From IMG/VR virus record IMGVR_UViG_3300028844_005666: DNA of 64,000 bases; one strand, given 5' to 3'. Made by a program: the position numbers and the translations under genes. The notes under the pieces were generated by a model. It did not search any database. It was not told the DNA's origin and saw only the letters and a list, made by a program, of their open reading frames with translations. Each line of letters opens with the position of its first letter. Within the stretch, counting starts at the first letter, position 1. This DNA comes from an uncultured virus (IMG/VR IMGVR_UViG_3300028844_005666) (taxonomy: Duplodnaviria; Heunggongvirae; Uroviricota; Caudoviricetes). Of the stretch, positions 50,021-61,100 are shown in pieces.

Positions 50021-50761
50021 CTAGTTTGATAAAGAAGCTAGTGATCTTGTACGACCTTTAATTCTTTTCTTTGTTATTTTAGCAATACGAGCTGCTTTCT
50101 TTTTCTTAGCAGCACCCATAGCCTTTTTAGCTCTTTTAAGTTTAATTCCTAATCTTTTCATTTTAGCTTTTTGAGTACCGGTTTGAGGTAAGCATCTTCT
50201 ACCTGCTAATCTCATACCTGGCATACACTTTTTCTTCTTAGTAATTGTGCCTTTAGATCTTTTAAAGATTACTCTAGCCATTTTTTCGTCAATTACAACT
50301 GTACCGTCTTCTTGCATTACCTCTACATCATGAACTTCATAATCTTCTGCAAATAAAGCATCTTTAATTTTAAGATAATTTTCTATAGCATCATCATAGT
50401 AAGTTCTATCTTCGATAGCAAATTCTAAATCATACTCTTCCCCATCTTCCATAGGAACGAAGTCTAAATAAGTTTTAGGACATTGACACTCATCATCTGC
50501 TTCATGAGGATGACAACCACAGTCATCATCATCTTCTTCATGTAAGTTAAGAGCAGCTTCTGCTTCGTCAAAGTCGTCAATGTCACCTTCTACTATTTCT
50601 TCATAGTCTAAGATAACAACTTCTTCTTTAAACTCTTCAATTTGCTCAGGTGTAAAAATAGTCTCTTCTATTTCTACTCCTTGTCTTATCGAATCTAAGA
50701 CGAGTTGTTTTTTCTCTTCGTAGATTCTACTCTTTAGGTTCTTCAGATTCATTTTTACCAT
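50021..50761 (-). CDS. Prohead core protein (gp68-like)
   Basis: Acidic N-terminus then very basic C-terminus after IDE; position before gp21. Confidence 0.6.
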   Translation of the reverse strand: MVKMNLKNLKSRIYEEKKQLVLDSIRQGVEIEETIFTPEQIEEFKEEVVILDYEEIVEGDIDDFDEAEAALNLHEEDDDDCGCHPHEADDECQCPKTYLDFVPMEDGEEYDLEFAIEDRTYYDDAIENYLKIKDALFAEDYEVHDVEVMQEDGTVVIDEKMARVIFKRSKGTITKKKKCMPGMRLAGRRCLPQTGTQKAKMKRLGIKLKRAKKAMGAAKKKKAARIAKITKKRIKGRTRSLASLSN

Positions 50762-51845
50762 CTTCTATAAATTTAGAGGCCAACTCCTGCTTCATTTGCT
50801 GGAGATGTCCAATTACTTTAGTATCTATATGGGATTTTACATCTTTAACAAATGTATCTTGAGAGTCTAGCTCTAATTGGTTATTGTTTTTAAGTTCATC
50901 TCTAAGAGATGTCTCTTCTTCGCGTCCTTCGTTATACAACGTTTGGCCATCTAATTGAACACCACCTGGTAGTTCAGTATTTTGATATTTCTTAAGATTA
51001 GCACCCCATTGCATTTTAGCTAAAGCAACAGCGTATGTTTTTAACCAACTGTCTTGATATACTTGTCCGTATATTTCTGGGTCAGTTACTACATAACATT
51101 CAGCTAACATATAATGAGTCTTCTTACCACCATTAGCAGCAGTCTTCAATCTATTCATATCTGTATCGAAATACAATCTATTTTTATGTTTATTAAATCT
51201 TATGGCAGGAGATGTATTCAATAAGAACTCTATATGTTCTACAAAAGTCTTTTGAATATAATAAGAAGTTAATCCTCCTGCTCCCATACCACCATAAAAG
51301 AAATCAAAATTATTTAAAAAGTATTGGTACTCGTAATTATACATTCCCGCTTGACTAAAAGAGTCTACTTTAGCTATTCTAGTAACCGAAATTATATCAT
51401 TAGGTACTTTAACTCCTATTTGACCAGCACTAGTAAGAATTATATTTTGATCTTCTAGTACTTGCTCTTCTAAAGTGAAGTATCTTCTAAATCCATCATG
51501 CGCAGAATCTGAATCAGTCTTTATATAAACTCTTTGACCTGTAACGTTATTCAGTTTTTTCATTACTCTAGAACCTAATCTATAGGTACTATATTTGTCA
51601 GAGTCAAAATCTTCTGCTCCTAAGTCTTGGTGTCTTCTATTATTTCTTTTAATAAAGTTACTATCAATCTTTATAACTCTATAAGTTCTTTCAGCGCCAT
51701 CGTAATGGTACTCTTGATACAGCTGAACAGCATCATCAATACAATCTTCTAATTGTACATCAGCAATCTCTACGTTAATGACAGGTGCACCCAGTCTACG
51801 TAAAATATAATCTGCTAGTTCTTGTTTACTGTTCGGTAACGGCAT
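50727..51845 (-). CDS. gp13: Neck protein gp13 with a foreign C-terminal ~45 aa
   Basis: LRRLGAPVINVE, QWGANLKKY..LPGGV. Confidence 0.88.
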   Translation of the reverse strand: MPLPNSKQELADYILRRLGAPVINVEIADVQLEDCIDDAVQLYQEYHYDGAERTYRVIKIDSNFIKRNNRRHQDLGAEDFDSDKYSTYRLGSRVMKKLNNVTGQRVYIKTDSDSAHDGFRRYFTLEEQVLEDQNIILTSAGQIGVKVPNDIISVTRIAKVDSFSQAGMYNYEYQYFLNNFDFFYGGMGAGGLTSYYIQKTFVEHIEFLLNTSPAIRFNKHKNRLYFDTDMNRLKTAANGGKKTHYMLAECYVVTDPEIYGQVYQDSWLKTYAVALAKMQWGANLKKYQNTELPGGVQLDGQTLYNEGREEETSLRDELKNNNQLELDSQDTFVKDVKSHIDTKVIGHLQQMKQELASKFIEDGKNESEEPKE

Positions 51846-53445
51846 CAGAGTCCTCTATAGCTTCTATATTTATGTCTAAATCAGAACTATCTTCTGTAAG
51901 TTTAAGCTTTGGAGATCGCTTATATTCATCGTACATATTGACATAATCATTATTAGCTACATCATTAGGAGCATCTATATCTGTAATTTGCTCTTTCTCC
52001 ATCTCATCCATAATCTGCTGATCAATTCTAGCAATGTCTTCTTCTGTTTGACCTAGAACTTCTTTTCTAATATATTCAATAGAGAAGTACTTACCAACAT
52101 ATTCTGAAGCATCTCTCAATACATTTAATTGATCACCTAGTATTTCTATTCTTTTTAAATTTTCAAAGTGTGTATCAGAGATATAATCATAAGTGATATA
52201 CTGTCTCATCTCTTCGAACTCACCTGTAGTACAAACACCCTTTAGTACTAACTGAACTCTTAACACTTCGTTAAATAATTCTGCAAACTGTTTTCTTATT
52301 CTATGAATAAACTTAGTAAACTTTAATTCATCTCTACTAATATCTGAAGCTCTTCCTAACTGAAAATTATTATCTTGATTAATTCTACTAATAGGAACGT
52401 TTAATGCTTGATACAATTTACCTTTAAAATATTCTACATCACCTAAGTCACCTAAATTAGCTCCACCAGGTAGAGTTGTAATTTCAGTTCCTTTAGATCC
52501 GTCTCTTCTAGGTAACCAAAAGTCTTCTAACATAGACATAAACTTACGACTATCTCTAACTAAACCTGTAGATGGATCATAGTCAATTTTATTTCTATAT
52601 CTATTCATCATATCTTTAATGTATTGTTCAGCTTTAATTTTAGGTAACTGACCTACATCAACATAAAATATTCTTCTTTCAGGAGCTCTAGCTATTCTAT
52701 AAACAATAAGAGCATCTTCCATAGATCTTAGATTGTTAAAAGGCTTAATAGCTTTATCTAAGTAACCTATGATCATTCCTCTATTTCTATCTACTAAACC
52801 AGAAGAACAAAATACTACTGAGTCTTTAGATAATTTAGCTGAAGCTTGTAAATTTTTATCAGGAGCAAACTCAAACCATTCTTTTACTTCTGTAAGAATT
52901 GGTACACCAGTCGACTTATCTTTTTCATAGTTAGGTTTAACTACTCTTTTTATTTTCAAAGCATCTATAGCTCTTAATTCTCTAATACCTTCTTTAGGTT
53001 GTTTTTTATCAATAATAACTTGAAAGTATAACCTACCATCTACATACCATTGTCTAAAATGATCGTATGATTTTTTTTGAAATTTTAATAAATGAAGAAC
53101 GTTTTTAAATTCATCTCTGATATTCTTTTTAATTCTATCATCGATATTAAGAGTATCTAATCTAATTGATACAGGAGCTCTCTCATGCTCAACTACAAAT
53201 GCTTCGTTAACGATATCATCTATAGCGGCATCAGCTTCTGGAAAAAAGCTGATGTCTCTATATTGTTTAATTAGTTGATGTTCGTTACGATACTTTGCGT
53301 CTTGTTCATAAGTGTAGCCGATTCTTCCGCCGACAGGCAACTCAGTACCGTCATCCATTTCCATGGGTATTGGACTTGGTTGCTTTTTTTCTTTCTCTGG
53401 AGTTACTAATTCAAATCCAAAGAGATCTATTCTTTTGTCTGCCAT
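51826..53445 (-). CDS. gp20: Portal protein
   Basis: WYVDGR, YRIARAPERR, EDFWLPRR. Confidence 0.96.
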   Translation of the reverse strand: MADKRIDLFGFELVTPEKEKKQPSPIPMEMDDGTELPVGGRIGYTYEQDAKYRNEHQLIKQYRDISFFPEADAAIDDIVNEAFVVEHERAPVSIRLDTLNIDDRIKKNIRDEFKNVLHLLKFQKKSYDHFRQWYVDGRLYFQVIIDKKQPKEGIRELRAIDALKIKRVVKPNYEKDKSTGVPILTEVKEWFEFAPDKNLQASAKLSKDSVVFCSSGLVDRNRGMIIGYLDKAIKPFNNLRSMEDALIVYRIARAPERRIFYVDVGQLPKIKAEQYIKDMMNRYRNKIDYDPSTGLVRDSRKFMSMLEDFWLPRRDGSKGTEITTLPGGANLGDLGDVEYFKGKLYQALNVPISRINQDNNFQLGRASDISRDELKFTKFIHRIRKQFAELFNEVLRVQLVLKGVCTTGEFEEMRQYITYDYISDTHFENLKRIEILGDQLNVLRDASEYVGKYFSIEYIRKEVLGQTEEDIARIDQQIMDEMEKEQITDIDAPNDVANNDYVNMYDEYKRSPKLKLTEDSSDLDINIEAIEDSDAVTEQ

Positions 53446-53491
53446 TCTGCTTCCTCATAATATACTAGTCTAATAATACTGTTATAGTCGA

Positions 53492-54052
53492 TTATCCGAC
53501 ATTGTCTGTAGTATTACTAGTCCAGTATTGATATGCTATAGTTGCGCTGAACTCTTCGATAGTGTCTGTTGCATCGAAAGACATATCGATTGGGTCAACC
53601 TGAACTGGGAAACAGCCTCTAAAAGTGTAAGTCTTTTGAACGTCGTTATTTTTATCTAACTGCTCAACTCTCCAATCTTGAATGTACGCCTGAACGTTAG
53701 TACCTAATTCTGTTGTACCATTTACATGTTGATTGATTTGATTCATCCAAGACTCAAATGCATTACGAATAGCAAAGTTATTGTCATTCATAATAGTAAT
53801 TGTCCAGTCTTCGAAGATTCTATCTCCAGCAACTTTTAATTGTCTACCTCTAAACGGTACAGGTATTTCACCAATCGTTGATGGAGGTAATTGAGCACCT
53901 TTGATAAGAAAAGAACCTAACTGTACTAGACCAAGACCAGTATTATCTGTATTAGTGACTGTTCCAGGAAAACCTGGAAACACTCTAAAATAATTTGGTC
54001 TTGCTCCACCACCTATAAGGGCTGCTTTAAAGTCATCTATTCTTAAAGTCAT
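53492..54052 (-). CDS. gp19: Tail tube protein
   Basis: GGARPN, FRGR..AGDR.F.DW. Confidence 0.95.
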   Translation of the reverse strand: MTLRIDDFKAALIGGGARPNYFRVFPGFPGTVTNTDNTGLGLVQLGSFLIKGAQLPPSTIGEIPVPFRGRQLKVAGDRIFEDWTITIMNDNNFAIRNAFESWMNQINQHVNGTTELGTNVQAYIQDWRVEQLDKNNDVQKTYTFRGCFPVQVDPIDMSFDATDTIEEFSATIAYQYWTSNTTDNVG

Positions 54053-54053
54053 G

Positions 54054-56252
54054 TTACGCTCCTGCTACTTCTTCAAAACTAACGCCGGTTCTAACTGCGA
54101 CGAAGTTAAGAGTTATAAAGTTAATTGAACGATTAGGTTTGATATAGATGTCAGCTACGAATCTATTACCATCAATAACCGCCGGTGTATTATTTGAAGT
54201 ATCACAAACTACTTTAAAGTCTTGGCATCCTCTTCTTGCTTTTATATCTTGTAAGAAAGGCTCTACTGCTGCTACAAAATTAGCTCTTGTAAAGTCGTCG
54301 TTGAATTCAAAGAGTTGAAACTTGGCTGCAGTTGCAATTGCTTTTTCTAATACAATGAATAATCTTCTTACATTAATACGATCAAAAGCTGAAGGTTTAC
54401 TTAGTGCAGTTTTATCACCAAATAGTAATGTACCTTGACCTCTTTGAGTAACCATAGGGTTGACTCTTTCTCTATACAGAACATCTCTGTCTGCTTGTTG
54501 AGGATTGAAAGATAATTTAACTACATTGGATACAAAACCTCTATTGAAACCTGCTGGTGACCACCAAGCATCATTAGTGAATTCTGACCTTGCGGTGATA
54601 CCTGCTGTATCACCTGCCATCGCTGACCAGAAAAATTGATCATTATATCTGTCATACATTCTCTTCCAAGCAGAATCGAACATTGCATACGATGTAGAGT
54701 TAAAGTCAGAAAAATAAGTAGTAACTTTAGCTGCAGTTGGATTAACTACTGCTGCATCATAAGATGGTGAGCAAAATACTACACAATCTTTTCTTACATT
54801 TGCAATATTATCTATTGCATACTTTTGTACTACTTTTTGTTTTGTCGCGTTTGAAGAACCGCTACCGAAACTATTACCTAAAATTAATGAGATATCAATT
54901 TCTTCCGGATCTTTAAACTTATCAAGACCTGCTGTATAATCACCTGCATCAACATCATCTCCAGAAGAACCACCATTAAGTGTGTATCTTCTTACACCTG
55001 TTAGAGACATGTTAGTAACAAATCTTACGAAGTCTTTTTCATTTGCTTTGTAAATATCAATACCTATTGCAGTTACTTGTTCAGAATTTGATACTGCTGC
55101 GGTAGAATTACCGTTAGCTAGATCTTCTGTAAGTACGTAAATCCACTGTGATGTATTATTAATTATATTTTTATAATAATTTTGACCACCATCAGCTGTT
55201 TTACCGTTACCTGCTTTAGATAAACCTTCAAATGTTTCAAGTACTTCATATGCAGATCCTGTGATAGTAGTATCAGAGGTGTATACAATAACATGTACTT
55301 CATCTTGAACATCTGAGTCAAAGTTGTCTACAGACCATTGTGACCTACCTGGTCTCTTTTCAAACAATGTAGCTGCTTTAATTGCAGCTGAACCAGAGCC
55401 AACAATAGGTGTATTGTTAAAGTCTGAATCGTTCATGCCAGCATCAATAAGAGCTACTCCTATACCGTTACCTCTATGACCAGGGAACCTAGCATAGACT
55501 GAACCATTGATAAGAGTACTTTCTTCAGCATTAAAGTCATCTAAATTATTAAGAACTGCTGCTGTAGCAAAACCAGAACCTTGTTCAGCTTCTTGATAAG
55601 GAGTAAACGTTAGTCCTACTGTAGTTACAGCTGAAGGAGCAGTTGCAGCGGCTGGTGTTGTAAAAGTAATTGCTGTATCACCTGCCAATGCTGCGGCACC
55701 GTCGGAGTCTATCGCGGCGTCTGTGGCATTAGCTTCAGTATTGATAGCATTCTTTAAGATGTTTGCAACGTCACCAATGGATGAAATATCGTCGGAATCA
55801 GTAACTGTAAATTGAAATGCAGATGCGCTTGTAACTGCTCCAATGGTTACTGTCTGAGTTTTATGTCCCTCACCATCTGAATCGGGAAAAGTAAAAGCTG
55901 GGGTACCAGTAATACTAATTGTTGTCTTTCCTGACTCTAATGTAACGAACTCTGATGCAGCGTTTCTAGCGCCATCAGTTAAAATTCTTACTATTTGAAT
56001 TGCATTTGCGTATGATAAAAAGTTCGCAGCTGTGTACCAATCGCTTCTAGTACTTTCACCTGCTACTGTTGATACTTTTGGGTTACCAAACTTTGCTATT
56101 AACTGTTCTTCACTTGAAATAAGTGTAGGTTCTAGACAAGGTCCCCATTCAAAATTTCCAGCAAATGCACCTGTTGTAGTTGCTACAGCAGGTATAATAT
56201 TGGTAAGGTCTTTTTCTTTTACCTGTACACCTGGACTAACTTGGAAGGCCAT
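54054..56252 (-). CDS. gp18: Tail sheath protein
   Basis: SPGV, WSPAGFNRG, FDRINVRRLF, IKPNRSINFI. Confidence 0.96.
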   Translation of the reverse strand: MAFQVSPGVQVKEKDLTNIIPAVATTTGAFAGNFEWGPCLEPTLISSEEQLIAKFGNPKVSTVAGESTRSDWYTAANFLSYANAIQIVRILTDGARNAASEFVTLESGKTTISITGTPAFTFPDSDGEGHKTQTVTIGAVTSASAFQFTVTDSDDISSIGDVANILKNAINTEANATDAAIDSDGAAALAGDTAITFTTPAAATAPSAVTTVGLTFTPYQEAEQGSGFATAAVLNNLDDFNAEESTLINGSVYARFPGHRGNGIGVALIDAGMNDSDFNNTPIVGSGSAAIKAATLFEKRPGRSQWSVDNFDSDVQDEVHVIVYTSDTTITGSAYEVLETFEGLSKAGNGKTADGGQNYYKNIINNTSQWIYVLTEDLANGNSTAAVSNSEQVTAIGIDIYKANEKDFVRFVTNMSLTGVRRYTLNGGSSGDDVDAGDYTAGLDKFKDPEEIDISLILGNSFGSGSSNATKQKVVQKYAIDNIANVRKDCVVFCSPSYDAAVVNPTAAKVTTYFSDFNSTSYAMFDSAWKRMYDRYNDQFFWSAMAGDTAGITARSEFTNDAWWSPAGFNRGFVSNVVKLSFNPQQADRDVLYRERVNPMVTQRGQGTLLFGDKTALSKPSAFDRINVRRLFIVLEKAIATAAKFQLFEFNDDFTRANFVAAVEPFLQDIKARRGCQDFKVVCDTSNNTPAVIDGNRFVADIYIKPNRSINFITLNFVAVRTGVSFEEVAGA

Positions 56253-56284
56253 TTTTTGACTCCTTTATTTGTAAATTTACAATA

Positions 56285-56292
56285 TATTTATA
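56285..56292 (-). promoter_or_regulatory. T4-type late promoter for gp18
   Basis: TATAAATA. Confidence 0.85.
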
Positions 56293-56302
56293 ATCTATAG
56301 AT

Positions 56303-58165
56303 CTACGAACCTGTCGGTAACGTATTAGTAAATCGAGGATTATCCCCGCCATGACTATTTATTGTAAACGTTAATTTATATTCAGCTAAGCTGAACTTAT
56401 CTTTGAATGCATATTCAATAACATTCGAATCTCTATACAATAATGTATTAAAGAAACCTTTAGCTACAGGATGTGATTCTAGGTTGTAAGCTAGCACCCT
56501 TAATATATTTGCATCTGATGAACCTTTAGCAAATATCATAGTATTAGAAGACACTGTAGATCCGTCTCCGGATACAACTCTCCAAGTAACACTCATTTGA
56601 GCTTCTAATATCTGATCACTATCAGTTGAGAACGTAACTGTCGCTAAGTTTTCAGAATCAGTTGGTACAGGAGTTGCAGGTGTTGAGCTTGAAGTAACTC
56701 CTATTAAAGTATTCAATTTAGCTATATCACCTTGCATAGTACCTATTAATGTACCCAATGCTTGAATAGCTATTTCATCTGAATCTCTATCAGATCTTAA
56801 TAAATTTATTTTATTGGTAAGTACATTTATATCTGAATCGCTAGCGCCGCCTGATGAACCTACTTTACTAGTAAAATGTACAAAATCTGAATCCATATCT
56901 GATTTTATTCTACCAGCTAAAGACTGAATATATGTCATTCTAGTAGTTTCACTATCAATGTCAGCTCTTAATCCATCTACTTCATTTCTCAATGTAGCAG
57001 CTACTGCAAGATCAGAGTCACCAATACCTACAATACTTCTTATCTTATCTTGAAATAAATTATGATCACTATCTAATCTAGCTCTTACTTGAGACTGCAA
57101 TAAACTTAACTTAGTACCTTCAGAGTCTAATCTTAATCTCATTTGAGATTGAAGTACTGATACTTTAGCTGCCTCTGAATCTAATCTTAATCTTATGTCA
57201 GATACTCTACTATCTAAAGCAGCTCTATCTGAATCTATTCTAGTATGAATTATATCTTGAGCAGTTTTTAATGCTTGTACTACTAATGAATCTGAATCTA
57301 GTCTACTGGTTAAATTAGTTTTTAACAACTGTACTTTAGTTGACTCAGAATCTAATCTTACGTGAGCAGCATCAGCTCTTGCTTGTGCAGCTGCAGTCGA
57401 AGTACTTAGTGCTTGTAATGCTGCATCGTCTGAATCTAATCTTGATTTTACTTGAGTAGCTAACGCTTGTATAAAACTTGAATCTGAATCTAATCTAGCA
57501 GTAATAGTATTGACATTATTAGATAGATCAGCTACAACTTTTAAGTCAGAGTCGGAAGGTATTTCTAATACTCTTAAACCGTTCTCTCTTATTATTTCTA
57601 TAACTTGATCACTATCAAATCCGGCAGAACCTACACCTAGTATACCAATATATTGACCACCACTAATGTATATGCTTTTGTCTGTAAAGTCTTTACCATT
57701 AGGTAAGTTTTCACCCATAAAGTGTAACACACCAGACTGATAATCAAAAAACCATTCATCGTCATTACCAGAACCAGCAGCAAATAGCTGATTAGATATT
57801 CCAGCTGCATTATCACTGTCACCTGAATCGTGTAGATATACTTTTACTTGATATGTTGAACCAAATTCAGGTGGTATCCAATCTGTGACACCAGTAATCC
57901 AAGTTCTATTAGCACTCGCTGTACCATCTGCTACAGCTTCAACTAAATTGCTTGAACTATATACTTCTACAACTCCTGTAGTACTTGCAGGTAAAGTAGC
58001 TGGTATAAGATTAGCTTGTACTAGAGTTTTATCACCTCTGTTTAATAATGGAGATGCAATAGATTCGTTAGTTGGACCTTTTAATGAATCAGAGTCAGTT
58101 CTAGCAACACCGAAACCTAATTTCTTAAAAAGAAAGTCTACCTTTGCTGTTAAACTAATTGCCAT
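56303..58165 (-). CDS. Virion fibre-like protein with RLDS(D/E) coiled-coil repeats
   Basis: About 19 DS(D/E); heptad-like spacing; WFFDY.SGVL virion-protein motif. Confidence 0.7.
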   Translation of the reverse strand: MAISLTAKVDFLFKKLGFGVARTDSDSLKGPTNESIASPLLNRGDKTLVQANLIPATLPASTTGVVEVYSSSNLVEAVADGTASANRTWITGVTDWIPPEFGSTYQVKVYLHDSGDSDNAAGISNQLFAAGSGNDDEWFFDYQSGVLHFMGENLPNGKDFTDKSIYISGGQYIGILGVGSAGFDSDQVIEIIRENGLRVLEIPSDSDLKVVADLSNNVNTITARLDSDSSFIQALATQVKSRLDSDDAALQALSTSTAAAQARADAAHVRLDSESTKVQLLKTNLTSRLDSDSLVVQALKTAQDIIHTRIDSDRAALDSRVSDIRLRLDSEAAKVSVLQSQMRLRLDSEGTKLSLLQSQVRARLDSDHNLFQDKIRSIVGIGDSDLAVAATLRNEVDGLRADIDSETTRMTYIQSLAGRIKSDMDSDFVHFTSKVGSSGGASDSDINVLTNKINLLRSDRDSDEIAIQALGTLIGTMQGDIAKLNTLIGVTSSSTPATPVPTDSENLATVTFSTDSDQILEAQMSVTWRVVSGDGSTVSSNTMIFAKGSSDANILRVLAYNLESHPVAKGFFNTLLYRDSNVIEYAFKDKFSLAEYKLTFTINSHGGDNPRFTNTLPTGS

Positions 58166-61100
58166 TAACTTATACTCAAACTAGTTACTGAATCACCTGA
58201 TGCTAATCCTATTCTTAAAAGAATATTATTATTAGTAGCATTGGTTGCGTTTTCTGTACCGAGCGTGAAAGTAAAAGAGCCATTCAGCGCTCCTGTACCT
58301 ACAATATCACCTCCAGTAGATGCACATCCATTAGAACCGTTTCCTCCTGATCCTGTGTTAGCGCCTGGTACACCAGCACCTGCATATTGACCTCCACAAT
58401 CTAACCATCCATTTAATGAGGATGATGAATCAATTACTGTGCCTGGTGCTGCTATAAACATACCTTCTATACCAGAAGACGAAACAATATTAACTGTAAA
58501 GTTAGCCATTGCTGTTCTTCTAAACGCCATTGTAAAATATTGAGTTCCTGTATCACCTGATCTGTTTGGTCCAGGAGGAACATATGTACTGTAGTTAGTA
58601 GTATCGTGTTTTAATACCCCTAATCTAATTGTAGCTTCTTTAGTGCCTTGAACTCCACTATCTGAATCTTCTACGAATATATCTGTATTGTAATAATTAT
58701 ATGAACCACCTCTCAACGCAGGGGTATCAGTAGTAGCTGATTTTAAAGCTCCTGATCTAACTCCGTTGTCGGTAAAACCTGAACCTAATCCACCAGCTAC
58801 ACTTATAGCAGTTTCGTTTATTCCAGATTGAGAAGCTGTATGCACGTTTATATTAGTTGTATTTTCTACATAAGAACTAGTACCGTTAGTATTACTTGCT
58901 CTCACTTTAATTCTATCTACTGTTCTAACTGATGAAGATGTAATAGCAACACTTAAGGTAGCTAATGTATAAGCAGAACTAACACCTGTATTAGCAATAG
59001 GTATGCCTCCGGATAACATTGTTGATGAACCATCTACATTAGCGTAAGTATAATTTGTATTAACTGTACCAGCAGAACTAGTACTTTCTTGATTAGTTCC
59101 AGAATCTATTTCAACAGGAGAGGATGTATCATTATAAGCTTGTCCTACAAAATTTGATATTTGAATACCTGCAACGTTTATTGTAGGGCTTCCAGAATTA
59201 AAATAAGGCACTCCTGAAATGTATCTATAGGTTCCTGAATTATTAACTGATACAGTACCTGTACTTGATACTGTCGGAGCCGCTGAAACTGTATCGTCTC
59301 TTAATATGTGAACAGTAGATGTTGAACCTGTCTGCGAATGTTTTATTAATTGTGCATTAAGTCCTAAAGTATAACCTGATAAAGATCTAGCTATTTTAGC
59401 ATCAAATGTCTGATAAAAATTGGATGGATATGTAGAAGAACTAATAGTATCATGAGCATCAGCTTGTTGAGTAACTTGAAGTGAACCAGCAGCTCCAGTT
59501 TCTCCTGATGTTGTAGTAAATGATATAGTACCGTCACTATCACCATTTCTTATACATGTTACTTCACCTGCAGCTCCATTATAAGCATTATTAATTGTAT
59601 TAGTATCTATAATTCCAGTAGTATATCTTCTTGCAGTTGTACTATTAAGAGATGTTCCTGCTGCTAATGTAGACATAGTACCTGTATTATCAGTGAAACC
59701 TGAAGCTAATTTAGGATTAGTACCGTGAGCTGAATCTGATAAAGTTAAAGTAAAAGTAGATAAGTTACTAGGAGCAGCTGGTACTGCGTTAATTGTAAAT
59801 GTGACACTTTCTTTATCTGATTGAGCTACACTTCCAGGTGAACCAGAAGCAAATAATTGAGAAGCATAACTACCAGTTGACTCTCCAGTATAGTCATGAT
59901 CAATAGTAGCTCCTAATGAACCTGGAGATGATCCATCTTCAGTTAATGAATCTGAATCTCCATCGGCCCAACTATAAGTTAAATTAGTTGCATTTTGTGA
60001 TGTGTTAGTAGCTCTTACTAATGCTCTATTTGCACCGTTTAAGTCTACAAAGTCATATATGTCTCTACTATTATCTCCTGATCTATCAGAAACAGTTACT
60101 GCAGTTGCAGCATAGTTGACTCTTAAATCAGGTCTAACTGTAATTTCAAAAGGATCTGATTCGAAAGGAGATGAATCATGATTAGAAGTTATTTGTAATT
60201 TACCAGTAAAAGTAACTGTATGTCCATTAGCTTGATCTGAATCAGGTAATGCATAAGTATGAGAAACTGCACTAGCTCCTCTATCACCTGATGAACCTGT
60301 TCCTGCATTTACTGTTGTATTAGATGTACCGTCACCCCATACATAAACATATCTACTACCAAATGTTGCAAAGTTACCAACACCTGAACCTGAATTGTTA
60401 GTTGCTTGTATAACATGACCTGATGTAGCTTCTTCATTTACACCATCACTATCATTTATACTTACAGATGGTGTATGTGTATCTAAAACATTAAAGAAAT
60501 TATCTGAGTCAGCTGCAGGTATATCAGTTGGGTTAGCTGTAGTGTGTGAATTTAATGTGAGAGAAATATTAAATCTTCTATCTTCTTCAACTACTGTATC
60601 AAATGTATAAGGTAATCTACTACCGCCGTTATTAATAGAACCACCAGGTAATCTATCAGAATCTATAGCATGCATTAAATCGCTATCACCAAAATTAAAA
60701 ACATAACCTGCGATTGCATTTGAAGTATTAGTAGTATTATTTTGTAAATAAATTGTATCGCCATCATCCCATTGTGTAATAGGAGAACCACCAGACGATG
60801 CAGCATATATTGCGAATGAAACAGCTGGTGTAGCTGTAAAAACTGTTACGTAGTTACTTCTTTCTTTAACTGAAAATGAACCAGCACCTTCTCCAGAAGA
60901 GTTTCTAGCTATTACTCTTACAGTAAAAGGAGAACCTACGTTTGAATTGTATGTATGAGATGGTGTACTATCAGAACTGTCTGAATCTATGTTACCGTCA
61001 CCCCAATGAATATCATATCTATTAGGGTTACCATCTGCACTTGTTGTTAATGTAGTAGTGAAACCAGCACCACCGATTAAGTTGTCACCAGTAAAATCTA

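Noticed and set aside
57060..57500. Recurring tctaatct/gaatct DNA units as a CRISPR array or DGR repeat
   Set aside because: They are synonymous-variable codons for RLDS(D/E) in an open frame; no constant repeat-spacer pattern and no cas or RT gene
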